From NCBI GenBank assembly GCA_963668625.2, contig CAXXKA010000006.1:96001-160000 (forward strand): a DNA stretch of 64,000 nt, given 5' to 3'. The notes beneath the pieces were generated by a model. That model saw nothing but the letters and a program-made list of their open reading frames with translations, ran no database searches and was not told where the DNA came from. This document shows positions 10,588 through 22,700 of this stretch, in pieces. The stretch's first letter is position 1. Each line of letters opens with the position of its first letter. This DNA comes from an uncultured candidate division Zixibacteria bacterium (GTDB taxonomy: Bacteria > Zixibacteria > MSB-5A5 > UBA10806 > 4484-95). The position numbers were made by a program, and so were the translations under genes.

Positions 10588-13419
10588 ATGACTAAAGAAG
10601 GTAAAATCATAATTAAGGGAGCTCGCGAGCATAACCTTAAAAATATAAATGTAGAATTACCGCGTAATAAGCTGGTGGTTATCACCGGCCTTTCGGGGTC
10701 GGGCAAATCCTCGCTGGCGTTCGATACGATTTATGCCGAGGGGCAGCGGCGCTACGTGGAATCGCTTTCGGCATATGCCCGCCAGTTTTTAGGCTTGATG
10801 GAGAAACCGGATGTCGATTTCATCGAGGGGCTTTCACCCGCTATATCGATCGAGCAGCGTTCGGCGGCAAAGAATCCGCGTTCTACCGTTGGCACCGTAA
10901 CCGAGATATACGATTATCTCAGGTTGCTGTACGCTCGTATCGGTATACCATATTGTCCGAAATGTAAAAAGCCTATCAGCCAGCAGACCGTGCAACAGAT
11001 CGCCGATACGGTCATGGAGCTACCGACTAACAGCCGGGTACATGTACTTGGGCCGGTTATACGAGGACGGAAAGGGGAGCATCGGGATGTGTTCGACCAG
11101 ATCCGCCGCGAGGGCTATGTGCGTGTGCGAGTGGATGGCGAGGTGCATGAGATAGATGACGATATCAAGCTGGATAAGAAAAAGAAGCACTCGATCGAGG
11201 TAGTGGTCGACAGGCTGGTAATAAAGGACGGTGTAACTAAACGTCTGACAGATTCGCTGGAGACCGCCCTGAAATTAGGCTCGGGTCTGGTCATGATCGA
11301 TGCCCTCGGTAAAGGTGAAACAGCCTATTCGGAACAATACGCTTGCGAAAAATGTGGCATATCCTACGAGGAACCCACGCCGAGAATGTTCTCGTTTAAC
11401 TCGCCCTATGGCGCTTGCCCCGAGTGCTCCGGCCTGGGGACCAGGATGGAGCTTGATCCTGATCTGATAGTTCCCGATCCGACTATTTCCATTAACGAGG
11501 GCGCTGTTGCTCCCTGGGGAGTGCCGAGAGGCGGATATTATTTCGGTTTGATCGATGCCGTTGCCAAACACTATGGCTTTTCTATGAGCAAGCCGTTTAA
11601 GGATTTGCCGGCGAAATTTCAGAAAGTGGTTCTCTTCGGCTCGGGCAGAGAGCAGATCAAGTTCGTCTGGAATCACTCCAATGGCAAGGGGCGATGGGAG
11701 CATATGGATAAATTCGAGGGCGTGGTCAATAACCTCCGCCGACGGTACCGTCAGACCAAATCGGATGGTATCCGTAGCTGGATCGAGCAGTACATGTCGA
11801 TCAAACCCTGTACCGCCTGCGATGGCGCCAGGCTTCGGCCCGAGGCGCTTTCGGTGATGGTAGCCGATTACTCCATAGCCCGGGTTGCCTCCATGTCCGT
11901 TAAGAAAGCGAAGGCTTTTTTCGATAATCTAAAATTGAGCAGACGCGAATCAACTATAGCCCGCCAGATTTTAAAAGAGATCAATCAGCGATTGGGATTT
12001 CTTATCGATGTCGGCTTGGATTATCTGACCCTCGAGCGTTCGGCCATGACATTGTCCGGCGGCGAGGCGCAGCGTATCCGTTTGGCGACACAGATCGGCT
12101 CCCGTCTGGTGGGAGTGCTTTATATCCTGGATGAGCCATCGATAGGACTACACCAGAGAGACAACCGTCGTTTGCTGAATACGCTTACTACTCTTCGTGA
12201 TTTAGGCAATACCGTGGTGGTAGTTGAGCATGATAAGGAAACAATCGAGACAGCCGATTACGTGCTCGATTTAGGCCCGGGAGCGGGTGTTAAAGGCGGC
12301 GAGATAGTGGCTGCCGGTACGCCGGCGAAAATAAAGCGAACTCGAAAGTCGATAACCGGCAAGTATCTTTCCAATAAACTGAGTATCCCCGTACCGGTCA
12401 GTCGCCAGAAAGGAAACGGCGAGAGAATAACGGTGATCGGCGCCGGTGGTAATAATCTCAAAAATATACGGGTGGATTTTCCGCTGGGCCTGTTTATTTG
12501 CGTGACCGGCGTCTCCGGCTCCGGTAAGTCGACACTGGTTAACGAGACCCTGTACCGGGTGATGGCGCAGCATTTTTACAATTCCAAAAAGCCGCCGCTT
12601 AATTACGAGACGATAACCGGTTTGGGTAATATCGATAAAGTGATTGAAATCGATCAATCGCCAATCGGACGTACACCGCGATCTAATCCCGCCACTTATA
12701 CTGGAGTGTTTACCCATATCCGCGATTTGTACTCTCAATTACCCGAATCGAAAGTCAGGGGATATCAACCCGGACGTTTCTCGTTTAACGTCAAAGGCGG
12801 TAGATGCGAGGCATGTCAGGGGGATGGCATTATCAAAATCGAAATGCATTTCCTGCCAGATGTTTACGTGCCTTGTGAAGAGTGCAAAGGCGCCAGGTAC
12901 AATCGCGATACGCTGGAGATTTTATACAAGGGCATGTCAATCGCGGATGTGCTGGATATGACTGTCGATGAGGCTTTGAAGTTTTTCAAAAACATCCCGC
13001 CGATAAAACGCAAGCTCGAAACTCTGGCCGGAGTTGGACTGGGATATATTCATCTCGGGCAGCAGGCCACCACGCTTTCGGGAGGCGAGGCGCAACGCGT
13101 GAAACTTTCCACCGAGTTATCCAAGATAGCGACCGGCAAAACGTTTTATATTCTGGATGAGCCGACGACCGGTCTTCATTTCGATGATATCAGGCAGTTG
13201 TTAGTTGTGCTTAATACACTGGTAGAACGAGGTAACACGGTGCTCGTGATCGAACATAACCTCGATGTTATCAAAACGGCCGATTGGATTATCGATTTGG
13301 GACCCGAGGGCGGCGATGAAGGCGGACAGGTGGTAGTGCAGGGCACACCTGAAACAGTCGCTAAAAATACGAAGAGCTATACCGGTCAGTTCTTGAAACA
13401 GGAATTAGGGTTGGAGTGA
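10588..13419 (+). CDS. uvrA: Excinuclease ABC subunit A
   Basis: GAREHNLKN, two Walker A motifs ([18 protein letters not shown]), zinc fingers, two LSGGEAQR motifs. Confidence 0.98.
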   Translation: MTKEGKIIIKGAREHNLKNINVELPRNKLVVITGLSGSGKSSLAFDTIYAEGQRRYVESLSAYARQFLGLMEKPDVDFIEGLSPAISIEQRSAAKNPRSTVGTVTEIYDYLRLLYARIGIPYCPKCKKPISQQTVQQIADTVMELPTNSRVHVLGPVIRGRKGEHRDVFDQIRREGYVRVRVDGEVHEIDDDIKLDKKKKHSIEVVVDRLVIKDGVTKRLTDSLETALKLGSGLVMIDALGKGETAYSEQYACEKCGISYEEPTPRMFSFNSPYGACPECSGLGTRMELDPDLIVPDPTISINEGAVAPWGVPRGGYYFGLIDAVAKHYGFSMSKPFKDLPAKFQKVVLFGSGREQIKFVWNHSNGKGRWEHMDKFEGVVNNLRRRYRQTKSDGIRSWIEQYMSIKPCTACDGARLRPEALSVMVADYSIARVASMSVKKAKAFFDNLKLSRRESTIARQILKEINQRLGFLIDVGLDYLTLERSAMTLSGGEAQRIRLATQIGSRLVGVLYILDEPSIGLHQRDNRRLLNTLTTLRDLGNTVVVVEHDKETIETADYVLDLGPGAGVKGGEIVAAGTPAKIKRTRKSITGKYLSNKLSIPVPVSRQKGNGERITVIGAGGNNLKNIRVDFPLGLFICVTGVSGSGKSTLVNETLYRVMAQHFYNSKKPPLNYETITGLGNIDKVIEIDQSPIGRTPRSNPATYTGVFTHIRDLYSQLPESKVRGYQPGRFSFNVKGGRCEACQGDGIIKIEMHFLPDVYVPCEECKGARYNRDTLEILYKGMSIADVLDMTVDEALKFFKNIPPIKRKLETLAGVGLGYIHLGQQATTLSGGEAQRVKLSTELSKIATGKTFYILDEPTTGLHFDDIRQLLVVLNTLVERGNTVLVIEHNLDVIKTADWIIDLGPEGGDEGGQVVVQGTPETVAKNTKSYTGQFLKQELGLE

Positions 13420-13420
13420 T

Positions 13421-13861
13421 TTAATTCCAGATACCCTTGATATAGTCATTCATCAAGCCGCTTTCGATAAAAACATTCAAAGCGCCCGAGGTTGTCTCCT
13501 GATCCATACCCCAGATTGAGATACGTTTCTTTTTTGAATCCGAATCATACTGGATGAAATATTTATTATCCTCGCTGATAAAAACCGGTAAGCTATTGAC
13601 CCATTTTGCCGCAACCGAATTTACTCCCGGGCCGCCAATCGCTATAGTCGGGCAAGCCTGGATAATCTTATCGCCATCGTATAAGGCATCGCTGATAACG
13701 ATCGATTTCCTGAACGGCGTTTTGGCGAAACCGTTCGTTTCGTGCAATTTTTTCTGAAGCCAATAAGCCAGGGGCCGGTCTTTCTCCTCGGGCTTTATAT
13801 CCGAACCGACGACTATCAAAATAGTTTCATTTACATCAAGTTCCTGCATATTATCCACCAA
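13421..13861 (-). CDS. Hypothetical protein
   Basis: 146-aa ORF with AGAGAGGA RBS; IAIGGPGVN motif; convergent with uvrA. Confidence 0.7.
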   Translation of the reverse strand: MVDNMQELDVNETILIVVGSDIKPEEKDRPLAYWLQKKLHETNGFAKTPFRKSIVISDALYDGDKIIQACPTIAIGGPGVNSVAAKWVNSLPVFISEDNKYFIQYDSDSKKKRISIWGMDQETTSGALNVFIESGLMNDYIKGIWN

Positions 13862-14026
13862 TCCTCTCTACTAATTTTAAGCGGATAAAGAGTCGAATTG
13901 TTCCCTTATAGGATATTCGTAAACGTTATGGATATTTAGTGCAATAATAATTCTTGATGAAATATAACTACAGTCGGGACTTTCCTTCTCTTTGCGAGTC
14001 GCTGGGCGAACGAAGTCCCTAGGACA

Positions 14027-14105
14027 TATCAGGATGGAAGCGGTGCGACATCCTGATACGCTGACTATATGATTATATCGAAAAATTGCTTTCGCTAACA
14101 ATTTC
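14027..14105. repeat. Solitary REP-like palindrome of the RAYT-associated family plus conserved flank
   Basis: TATCAGGATGGAAGCGGTGCGACATCCTGATA matches the palindromes at 35995-36787; the flank to 14105 is similar in inverted orientation to 31369-31433. Confidence 0.8.
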
Positions 14106-14206
14106 GAGGAGTAATTAAACAATTAACCAAAAAACACCATACACGAGTGATGAAATATATTCTTTTCTCAAGACACCGATTGCAATCTTTTATATCAGGT
14201 TGAACT

Positions 14207-16816
14207 CTACCTGTTTTGATTGCGAAATATCTTGCTCAATTGTCTAGCGTACATATCGCTTGGATGTTCGGCCAACCAGTGGTTTAACAGGTTCAATCCA
14301 TCTTGAGGCTGCCCGTTGGCTGCGTAAAGGTATATCAACCTGTAAGCGCTTATCTTGGAGCTTGGGTCGAGTTCCCATGCTTGCTGATAAATTTTCAAAG
14401 CATCTTCATTTTTACCTACACGATAATTTATCTCACCCAGATATTGATAGTAGAGTGTCATTTCCGGCCAGACTTCTATGGCTTCTTTCAAGCTCTCGAC
14501 AGCCTTATCGAAAAATACCTGGCTGCTATCGGTATTACCCTCTATCTCGTAATGAGTAATCAGTTCGATATAGGTTTGATAATATAACGGGAAGCGTTTC
14601 AAAGATTCGAACAATATCCTTTTCGAGCTTAAAGTATCTCCGGTTTCGACATAAAAATTAGATAAATTTATGAAACGTTCCGGGTAGGTCGATGTTAACC
14701 CGACATTATTTTCATCCTTGAACACCGATAAATCATCAACCCCGCGATACTTGTATATCTCGAGCAACAGCTCCTCGGTACGTTCGGTATCGACTTTGAA
14801 TTTCGGTTTATCGGGCATTATTCGAAGTACCATACCCTGTCGCAAGGTGTAATCATCCAGGCGAGCCCGGTTGGATTCGGGCACCGAGGTGCTGAAATAG
14901 ATCGGATATTTCCATTTGTTGGCCAACAGGATATGCTCGATCATCTGGTCTTGCACTCGTAGCACCTGACGGGTTTTAGGATCCTGGAACGGCACGAGGT
15001 AGTGATTCTGCTTGCGGTAAGGATCGTAGTATGGCTCGGCCGGACGGTATATCTGTATTTGTCCCTGTCTTTCGAATGGTTCCCAGATTATCTGCTCATC
15101 GGTCAGGTTGATCGGGACGTTCATCTCGTGTTTTAGCTGAAGGATGTACCAGTCGGTATTTAAAAGCGAGAGATTGACAATCCTGATATCTTTACGGAAA
15201 TTCTCGACCTCTTGAATATACCAGAGCGGGAACGTGTCGTTATCGCCGTTGGTGAATAATATCGCGTCCTGGTCGCAGGAGGTTAATATGTTGTAAGCGT
15301 AATCATATGGAGCATAATCTCCCGTTCTATCGTGAGTCCTGTAGTTATGGGTCAACGTATCAACCGGCAGTAGCAGAGTGACTATCAAGGCGGCCACCCA
15401 TATCAGGTAAGTGGGAGCAACGGCCATACGCTTGTTAAGCCAGGCTGGTATGTTCGCCAGCAACGTGGATAGTCCCACACCGATAATAATGGCGAAATAC
15501 ATGAAAGCGGGCGTGAAGAAATAATCACGATCGCGCACCTCCAGGTGATCGACCTTCGTGCCATCGGCGAAATTCAGGTACAGTATCAAACCCAATGAGC
15601 TTATCAGGAAGATGGCGGCTAGCAGGAAGCCGTTTTTGAATGTTTTTCTCAATGAAATATACATTCCGAACAAACCTATCAGGAAAGGAAGATATCGCAA
15701 CATGCCCCAGATATCGTTCGAGTATTGATCTTTAAAGTATCCCCAGAATCCCATATGCGGATAATCACCGAACTGATGTGAGAGTTTGGCGCGACGGGTA
15801 AACATCCTGGTGACCATCGATTCCTGGCCATATTGTTTTCTTTCCAGATATGATTTTAGTTTAGGCCAGTTGCTCGGATCGTTCTCGTTAATGGCCGGTT
15901 TTTGAATCGATCTTATCGGTATATAGATATGCGGCGTAAAGCCGATTATTCCTGCCAGCATGATCGCAAAATATAGACCCCATGCCTGACGGGATTTCCC
16001 GCGAGCGTTGAATGTTTTGTAACCGCTGATTGCGGCAAACGCCAGCATCAGAACGAACCAGGTCTCCAACTGCCAATTCATCAAAGCCGGGAACATGAGT
16101 TGTATGGGAATATAAACCGGCATCGCGAACGAGAATAGAATTCCCCAGCTTACCCAGAATCGCCAGTCCCTGAGTTTGGAATGGTCGACGAAGGCGATAT
16201 AGGCGACTATTGCGGGGATGAGTAAGAAGGTAGTCAGGTGGATGGAAATCGACAGGAAGAGTATATAAGCGATGCCAACAAGGAGCTTATCGTTGCCGGC
16301 TTTGTGTAAATTCTCACTCCAGCACAAAGACATATACGTTATAACCGCCATGATCATCATAGAAAGCCCGTAGACCTCGGTTTCCACGGCGTTAAACCAG
16401 AATGTCGAGGAGAAGGCCATTATCAAGCTGCCGGAAAGCGCGCCGGCGAAAATGCCGTACAGTGGGAAAGTGTTATCCTGAGTTTTATCCGTATCGATGA
16501 TTTTGCGAGATACTTTTACTATTATAAGATAAGCCATCATGGCGGTAAGAGCCGAGCTTAAAACGGAAATGATGTTGGTGTTCAAAGCCGGTGTGGAAAG
16601 AATCCCCAATATCATAAAAAACTTACCTATTAAAATATACATTGGAGTGCCCGGGGGATGTGGTACCCCTAAAGTATACGAACTGGCGACGAACTCACCG
16701 CAATCCCAGAAAGACAGGGTTGGCGCCATCGTTTTGAAAAATATAATGAAGCTTATTATGAATGATAAAAATGCGCCTATATAAAACACTGTTTTTGTCT
16801 GTTTACTTGTATTCAT
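14207..16816 (-). CDS. DUF2723 / TMEM260-like multi-pass glycosyltransferase with C-terminal TPR
   Basis: WDCGEF, HPPGTP, W.NAVETEVY, RDRDYFF, GDNDTFPLWY motifs; TPR-like C-terminus. Confidence 0.85.
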   Translation of the reverse strand: MNTSKQTKTVFYIGAFLSFIISFIIFFKTMAPTLSFWDCGEFVASSYTLGVPHPPGTPMYILIGKFFMILGILSTPALNTNIISVLSSALTAMMAYLIIVKVSRKIIDTDKTQDNTFPLYGIFAGALSGSLIMAFSSTFWFNAVETEVYGLSMMIMAVITYMSLCWSENLHKAGNDKLLVGIAYILFLSISIHLTTFLLIPAIVAYIAFVDHSKLRDWRFWVSWGILFSFAMPVYIPIQLMFPALMNWQLETWFVLMLAFAAISGYKTFNARGKSRQAWGLYFAIMLAGIIGFTPHIYIPIRSIQKPAINENDPSNWPKLKSYLERKQYGQESMVTRMFTRRAKLSHQFGDYPHMGFWGYFKDQYSNDIWGMLRYLPFLIGLFGMYISLRKTFKNGFLLAAIFLISSLGLILYLNFADGTKVDHLEVRDRDYFFTPAFMYFAIIIGVGLSTLLANIPAWLNKRMAVAPTYLIWVAALIVTLLLPVDTLTHNYRTHDRTGDYAPYDYAYNILTSCDQDAILFTNGDNDTFPLWYIQEVENFRKDIRIVNLSLLNTDWYILQLKHEMNVPINLTDEQIIWEPFERQGQIQIYRPAEPYYDPYRKQNHYLVPFQDPKTRQVLRVQDQMIEHILLANKWKYPIYFSTSVPESNRARLDDYTLRQGMVLRIMPDKPKFKVDTERTEELLLEIYKYRGVDDLSVFKDENNVGLTSTYPERFINLSNFYVETGDTLSSKRILFESLKRFPLYYQTYIELITHYEIEGNTDSSQVFFDKAVESLKEAIEVWPEMTLYYQYLGEINYRVGKNEDALKIYQQAWELDPSSKISAYRLIYLYAANGQPQDGLNLLNHWLAEHPSDMYARQLSKIFRNQNR

Positions 16817-16990
16817 GCTGTCTATTTTCCTCCATTCATTAAAGCTCAAGAATAATATCTAATAAACAGGATGTCAACTGTTTACGGAGATACGCTTGAA
16901 TTTAAGGAAACGAATCGAAATAAACATCTTGACAGTGAAACATTTCCCGGCTTATCGTCTGTTTAATATTATACTTATGAAGGAGGTTAG

Positions 16991-18310
16991 ATGATAAAGA
17001 AGATTGGCTATTGTACTCTAATATGCCTGATACTATTGCTGGTAATGCCGGCCTATGCCGGGCCTGCAAAACAGGTTACGCTGGATAACGGGATGGTCGT
17101 GATCCTCAAAGAAAACCATTCCACTCCTATGGTCTCATCGATCGTTTGTGTCAGGGCAGGCAGTAAATTCGAGGATGATACCAATAACGGTTTTACCCAT
17201 TTTTTAGAACATCTGCTGTTTAACGGCACCGAAAATCTCTCCCGGCTGGAGCTCAATGAGGGATTCAAAGATCACGGCGGTTATATAAACGCTTTCACCC
17301 GGAATGATTTGACCGGCTACCTGTTCGTCATACCCTCGATGTATGCCGAATACGCAGTAAAAACACAAGCGGATCAGTTGTTCAATTCGACTTTACCGGC
17401 CGAGGAGTTTCCTAAAGAACGCAAGATCGTCATCGAGGAGATAAAGATGAATTATGACGATCCGGAAACGCAGGCGCAGATGTTTTTCGATTCTCTGATA
17501 TATAAAGACACTCCGTATGCGCGTACGGTGCTCGGTCCCATCGATGTCATTGAGACGATTCCGCGTGAAAAAGTGTTGGAATATTATCAGGAACGGTATG
17601 TTCCGAATAATATGATCGCTTTATTTATCGGTGATTTTAAGGCCGAGGAATTCATCAAGGTTGTAAATAAATATTTCGGCCAAAAGCCATCAGGGAAGCT
17701 TCCTCCGAAAATGGGTTTCGATATATCGCCGGCCTATAGCAACCAGGTATTCTATCACGAGTACGCCTCGGATATCACGAAGGTGCACATGGTATTTCCA
17801 GCTCCCTCATATGGCGCGCCGGGCTATTATTCCATGGATATGCTGGCACAATACCTGGACTCGGGCGTGAGTTCGCCTTTAAACAATGCGCTTACCGATG
17901 GCGATGATCCGCTGGTGACGAGCATGTCGATTTACCTGGAGGCGAATGATGATTTTTCGCTTCTGCATTTCGAGGCGCAAACGGACAGCAAAGAAAAAGT
18001 CGAACGAGTGGTTACCACCACGGCCGGCTATATGAGAAATATTCCCGATTACATTATCAACGATAAATCGCTAAAAAGAATCGTAACGAAAAATAAAACC
18101 GAACAGATTTACCTTCAGGAGAAACTACATTATTATGGTATCATGCAGGCGCCCTTGCTGGTTAATTTCGGATATCAATACATAACCAGCTACGTGGATA
18201 GTCTCAAACAAGTTTCGTTGAAAGATATACAGGGCACTGCCGAGAAATATTTCAGGGATGGCAAATACCTGGCAATGGCGGCTGTTCCGCAGGATATGGA
18301 GGGTAACTGA
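16991..18310 (+). CDS. M16 (pitrilysin) family zinc peptidase, catalytic subunit
   Basis: Signal peptide, LDNGM, HFLEH (HxxEH), NAFT. Confidence 0.92.
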   Translation: MIKKIGYCTLICLILLLVMPAYAGPAKQVTLDNGMVVILKENHSTPMVSSIVCVRAGSKFEDDTNNGFTHFLEHLLFNGTENLSRLELNEGFKDHGGYINAFTRNDLTGYLFVIPSMYAEYAVKTQADQLFNSTLPAEEFPKERKIVIEEIKMNYDDPETQAQMFFDSLIYKDTPYARTVLGPIDVIETIPREKVLEYYQERYVPNNMIALFIGDFKAEEFIKVVNKYFGQKPSGKLPPKMGFDISPAYSNQVFYHEYASDITKVHMVFPAPSYGAPGYYSMDMLAQYLDSGVSSPLNNALTDGDDPLVTSMSIYLEANDDFSLLHFEAQTDSKEKVERVVTTTAGYMRNIPDYIINDKSLKRIVTKNKTEQIYLQEKLHYYGIMQAPLLVNFGYQYITSYVDSLKQVSLKDIQGTAEKYFRDGKYLAMAAVPQDMEGN

Positions 18311-19671
18311 TGATACGGCGAACCGTTTTTTTCGCGTTAATGATGAGCCTGCTTCTGATCCTCGGCGCTAATGCCGGGGAGCAAAAATACCTGGCCGAGG
18401 TATTGGATAACGGCTTGACCGTAATCGTAAAACACAATCCCGACTCCCGAGTTTTTGCCATAGATATACTGGGTAAAAACCGCGCCGCGATGGAGAAACC
18501 GGAACAAATCGGCATTACCGATCTGGTGAACAGGATGCTGGTTAAAGGTTCGGAAGATAAAAACTCGGCCCAGATTCAAGCTGCGCTGGATGATATCGGG
18601 GCTAAACTTCAAACCAACGATAACCCGTATATACCATATGATGACCGTTACACCTGGCGGTCGTACAGCTTTTTGCGTTTCGAGACTATCGATGAATTTG
18701 CCAAGGATGGCGTGAAAATACTATACGAGATAGTTTCGAAACCGACATTCCCCGAGAATGAGCTGGATAGGATGAAAAAGAAAGTAATGGGCATAATGGG
18801 AATGTCCTCGGGCTCGACTTACAAGGTTTGCCGCAATCTCTATTATGAAACCATGTTCGGCGCAAGCCCATTGTCTCACGAGGTGATGGGTTCACGACGC
18901 ACTATTGCCGGTCTTACCTCCAGTGATCTCGCCTACCATCACAAGATATTTTATGATCCTAAAAATCTGATCATGACAGTGGTTTCGAATCTCGAACCCA
19001 AGAAGGCGATGAAGTTGATCAAGAAACGATTCAAAAACCTTTCCCCATATCCGGTTAAAGAGGGAAAATCCAAAATTCCTGTCGCTGAAAAAATCGAAGG
19101 TGTTCGATCCGTATCCGAGCCCATGGAGAAGGAGCAGGTTTATATCTACCTGGGTAATATAACTCCCGGACTGCAATCGGAAAAATCAGCGGCCCTGTCA
19201 TTAGCTATAGAGGTACTGTCGTCTAGGCTCAAGCTGAACCTTCGTGAAAAACAGGGATTGGCCTACTCTGTCGGAGCGGGTGTGCGATATCTCGGAGAGT
19301 TTGGCTGGTATACCTGTAGTATCGGAACCGGATACGAGAATTTCGAGAAAGCCCGGGATGGTATCATAGCTGAAATAGAGCGATTGCAAAACGAACCGCT
19401 TTCCCGGGATGAACTCGATAAGGCCATAAATTCCCTCTGGGGTTCGATGCTCATGCGCAATATGAGTTGTATCAATCAAGCCTACAACATGGCTTATTAC
19501 GAGTATGTCGGGGTGGGTTATGATTTCGACGATAATTTTAGGGAGAGATTAGACAATGTAACCGTCGATGATGTTCAATTGGTAGCCAGAGAGGTGCTCG
19601 ATACCGAAAACTACGTGCTGGCATATGTCGGTAAGGTAGCGAACGAGGAGCAAACCGAACCTGCAGAATAA
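18310..19671 (+). CDS. M16 family peptidase, non-catalytic partner subunit
   Basis: LDNGL, SSRL..NLREKQGLAYSV; HxxEH replaced by DLVNR; overlaps the upstream stop codon. Confidence 0.88.
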   Translation: MIRRTVFFALMMSLLLILGANAGEQKYLAEVLDNGLTVIVKHNPDSRVFAIDILGKNRAAMEKPEQIGITDLVNRMLVKGSEDKNSAQIQAALDDIGAKLQTNDNPYIPYDDRYTWRSYSFLRFETIDEFAKDGVKILYEIVSKPTFPENELDRMKKKVMGIMGMSSGSTYKVCRNLYYETMFGASPLSHEVMGSRRTIAGLTSSDLAYHHKIFYDPKNLIMTVVSNLEPKKAMKLIKKRFKNLSPYPVKEGKSKIPVAEKIEGVRSVSEPMEKEQVYIYLGNITPGLQSEKSAALSLAIEVLSSRLKLNLREKQGLAYSVGAGVRYLGEFGWYTCSIGTGYENFEKARDGIIAEIERLQNEPLSRDELDKAINSLWGSMLMRNMSCINQAYNMAYYEYVGVGYDFDDNFRERLDNVTVDDVQLVAREVLDTENYVLAYVGKVANEEQTEPAE

Positions 19672-19688
19672 AGCCGCACGAATATATA

Positions 19689-19727
19689 AAAAACGAAAGG
19701 GATCGCGGTTGCGATCCCTTTTTCGTT
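19689..19727. terminator. Bidirectional terminator
   Basis: AAAACGAAAGGGATCGC-GGTT-GCGATCCCTTTTTCGTT between convergent genes. Confidence 0.85.
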
Positions 19728-19743
19728 AGATTATGAAGCTGTG

Positions 19744-22700
19744 CTATTTTTCTATATCAACATTCTTTTGAGTTGGTATTATTTGTTTTGTCGTTGGTGG
19801 AGGTATAGCACAATTCGGCCAACCGGCTGGAGCTATAGATGGTACAGGCGGGAAATTCGGTGGATAATTGGGGCAGTATGTAATCGTGGCCAATCCCCTG
19901 AAATAGTTCACGATAAAGGTGACATCACTACCGATAACACTGCAGTCGCCGTTGGCATCCGCGGAGGCGTAGAAATACGGAGAAGTCAACGAGGGATTGT
20001 ACATATAGCATGGAGCCGCTAATCCCCTGAAATAGTTCACCAGGTAGGTAACATCAGCGCCAAGAACCGATGGTGGCCAACTACCGGCAAACATGTTGGC
20101 ATCGCCCGGCAAATAATCGAACGTGTACGAACCCGAGGTAACCTGGAGCACGATTATCGGTTCGAAGAGCGTAGGAGTATCAGGATCATCCGAGATAATG
20201 GTGATAGAGTCGATATACGTGCCCGCGCTCATCCCGGCTGTGTTTATAGTAAGGTCGATAGGATATGAACTCAGCGGAGCCAACACGCCCGGCCCAATGG
20301 GTGATGGTACGGCCCATGACGGATAATTCGTTATCGACCAGGACAGATCGCAACCTCCGCCATTGTTGATAGCAAAAGCGCCGGTATACACTATAGAGGT
20401 ATCGGCTGCCTGGCTATATGCCAGTGAATCGGGCGAGACATTGATATCCTGAGCTATGACATCAACCCTGATAAATGGCTTGTTTACCACCGGCTCATCC
20501 GGGTCATCCGAGTAAACGTGGAAATAGCCGGTATAGCTACCGGTGATAACCGAGTTGGTGTTGATGTTGACATCGATATTAGCGCAAGATGATGGCGCTA
20601 TGGTAGCCGGTATAACACCGGTGGCGGTGACGAAACCCAAATCGCAAGTTATGCTATCGAGTGAGAGAGGTGCGGTCGTCGATACGTTGCAAACCTGGAA
20701 CTGAGCGGTATAGGTGGTATCGGTATCGATACAACGCCTGAAACCAACCGTATCGGGTAGTACGTCAATATCGGGGATATGCTCCTCGGCCGGGCAGATA
20801 ATCAGAGCGAACTCGAGTATGGTATGAATCAGGCCGCCCTGGTATTGCGAGCCGGGAATCATTGGGTCTATCAGGTTCTGGTTGTAGAAAATTCCCATGT
20901 ATAAGGGATTGATCGGATAGTTGAGGAACTCGAAGGGGAAGTAGAATGGGTATATGGGATTCGGCATACAGGTTGTCGGGCCGACATAATATTTATCGTG
21001 ATGCATCGTCCCATGCGGTCCCGATACGTATTGAGCGTCATTGTGTACGGCCGAGCCGTGCGGTGGTATCGGCGGATCGCCCTCATTGTAGTCGAAGAAT
21101 GGATCGGAAACGCAGAATGCCATTGGTTCGAGTTGCGTACAGGTGCCTGCAATCGTTACATAGTGGCCGCCGATTCTCTCGCAGTATTCAAGTCCTGTCT
21201 CCTCCCAGAATCCCAAAAGTAGTATCACGTTCTGGCTTCTCAGTACTTCGTTTTGAATGAACTCGAGATTTTCAACGGGTATGACATTTATGGTATATGC
21301 GGTGTCCAGCGCTCTGGATGCCAGCCAGTTCTGTGCGCCATTAGCGAGATCCCAGATAACCGTTCCCGGACCTGCTATATCGGTCATGCAATACAATGCC
21401 AGCGAATCGACGAACGGCAACACGTTAGCCGGATTATGATCATCAAGGCCCATACCCGTGAAATCAGTCACCAGCGGATAGCCATCGTTAGGCGGTACCA
21501 TACCGAAAGGTCTGGGATCGACCGGGAACGGCTCGAATTTCGAATCGAACCACCAGAAACAATTGGCCAGGGCGGTAGGGCCGCACCAGGTTTGTTCGAT
21601 TATACCATCATTGTTGAAATCCTGTTTCTGGTCGAAATCGGGCACGCCGGCCGGAGCGTAGTCGGGATAGGCGGATTTGTAGTAGTCACAGCTATCGGGA
21701 GGTTCCTCCTCGCAGATATCGGCTATACCGTTGCTGTTAAGATCGGAACAATCGGTTCCCGCTCCCATCCACTGACCGCCAAGAACGTTCGTACATGCAT
21801 CTTGATAAGTTACGATACAGGATAAATCTTGCATACAGCATGCGCCCAAATCATAATAACCTTCGCAGGCATCATCGATATAATTGCTGTTCGAATCACC
21901 GAGGCATACGGTTCCTGCTCCAGCCCATACTCCGCCGCTGCCGATACATGTAAGTGAATCGAGAACGATACAAGAACCATCCGAGTAGCAACAAGCGCCG
22001 TCGGGATATACCTGCTCGCAAATATCAGCAATACCGTTAGGCGGACTTATATCCGAGCAGTCAGTGCCATCTCCCATATATTGAGCGAGAAGCACGGACT
22101 CACAAGCGGTTTGAGTGGTAACCAGACAGGTGCCGTCATCATAACAGCAAGCGCCGGTCTCGACCGGGAAACCGGTAATCACGAACGCCAGATCAAGGGA
22201 TTGACCTAGACGGGTGATCCGGTCGACACATTCATGATAAATGTTGCCGCCGAAAATTTCGAAATTCACGCCTTGAACATCGATCGATACCCACTCCGGA
22301 TTGTACATCTCGAGTACGGTATCGATAAATACCTCCGTCGGGAAATCTGCCAACGGGAGTTCATATACTATGGTTCTGCCTACGAACAGGCTCTCCTCGA
22401 GAGGTGTAAGTGGCGGTAGTGGCGGCGGGCCGTCAGGAGGCCATTCCGGTGTGGAGTAGTTTATGGCAAGCGTCAGAAATCCCTCCATCGACGGATCGAT
22501 TTTGTTAACGACAAAAGATATCTGAACTTCTTTCTCTCGATCGAAACTGAAAGGATTATCATAGAACCAGATATTCCACCAGCCGGTATTTTCGTACCAG
22601 TACCAACCGCCCACTGATGTTCCATTCTCATAGTAGTTGATACCGCCGCCGCCCATGAAAGAACCATCGGGGGCGATAGCGATATTGAATGTTCCCAGTC

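Noticed and set aside
13877-14122. 81-aa minus-strand ORF
   Set aside because: It overlaps the REP-like repeat and has no protein-like features.
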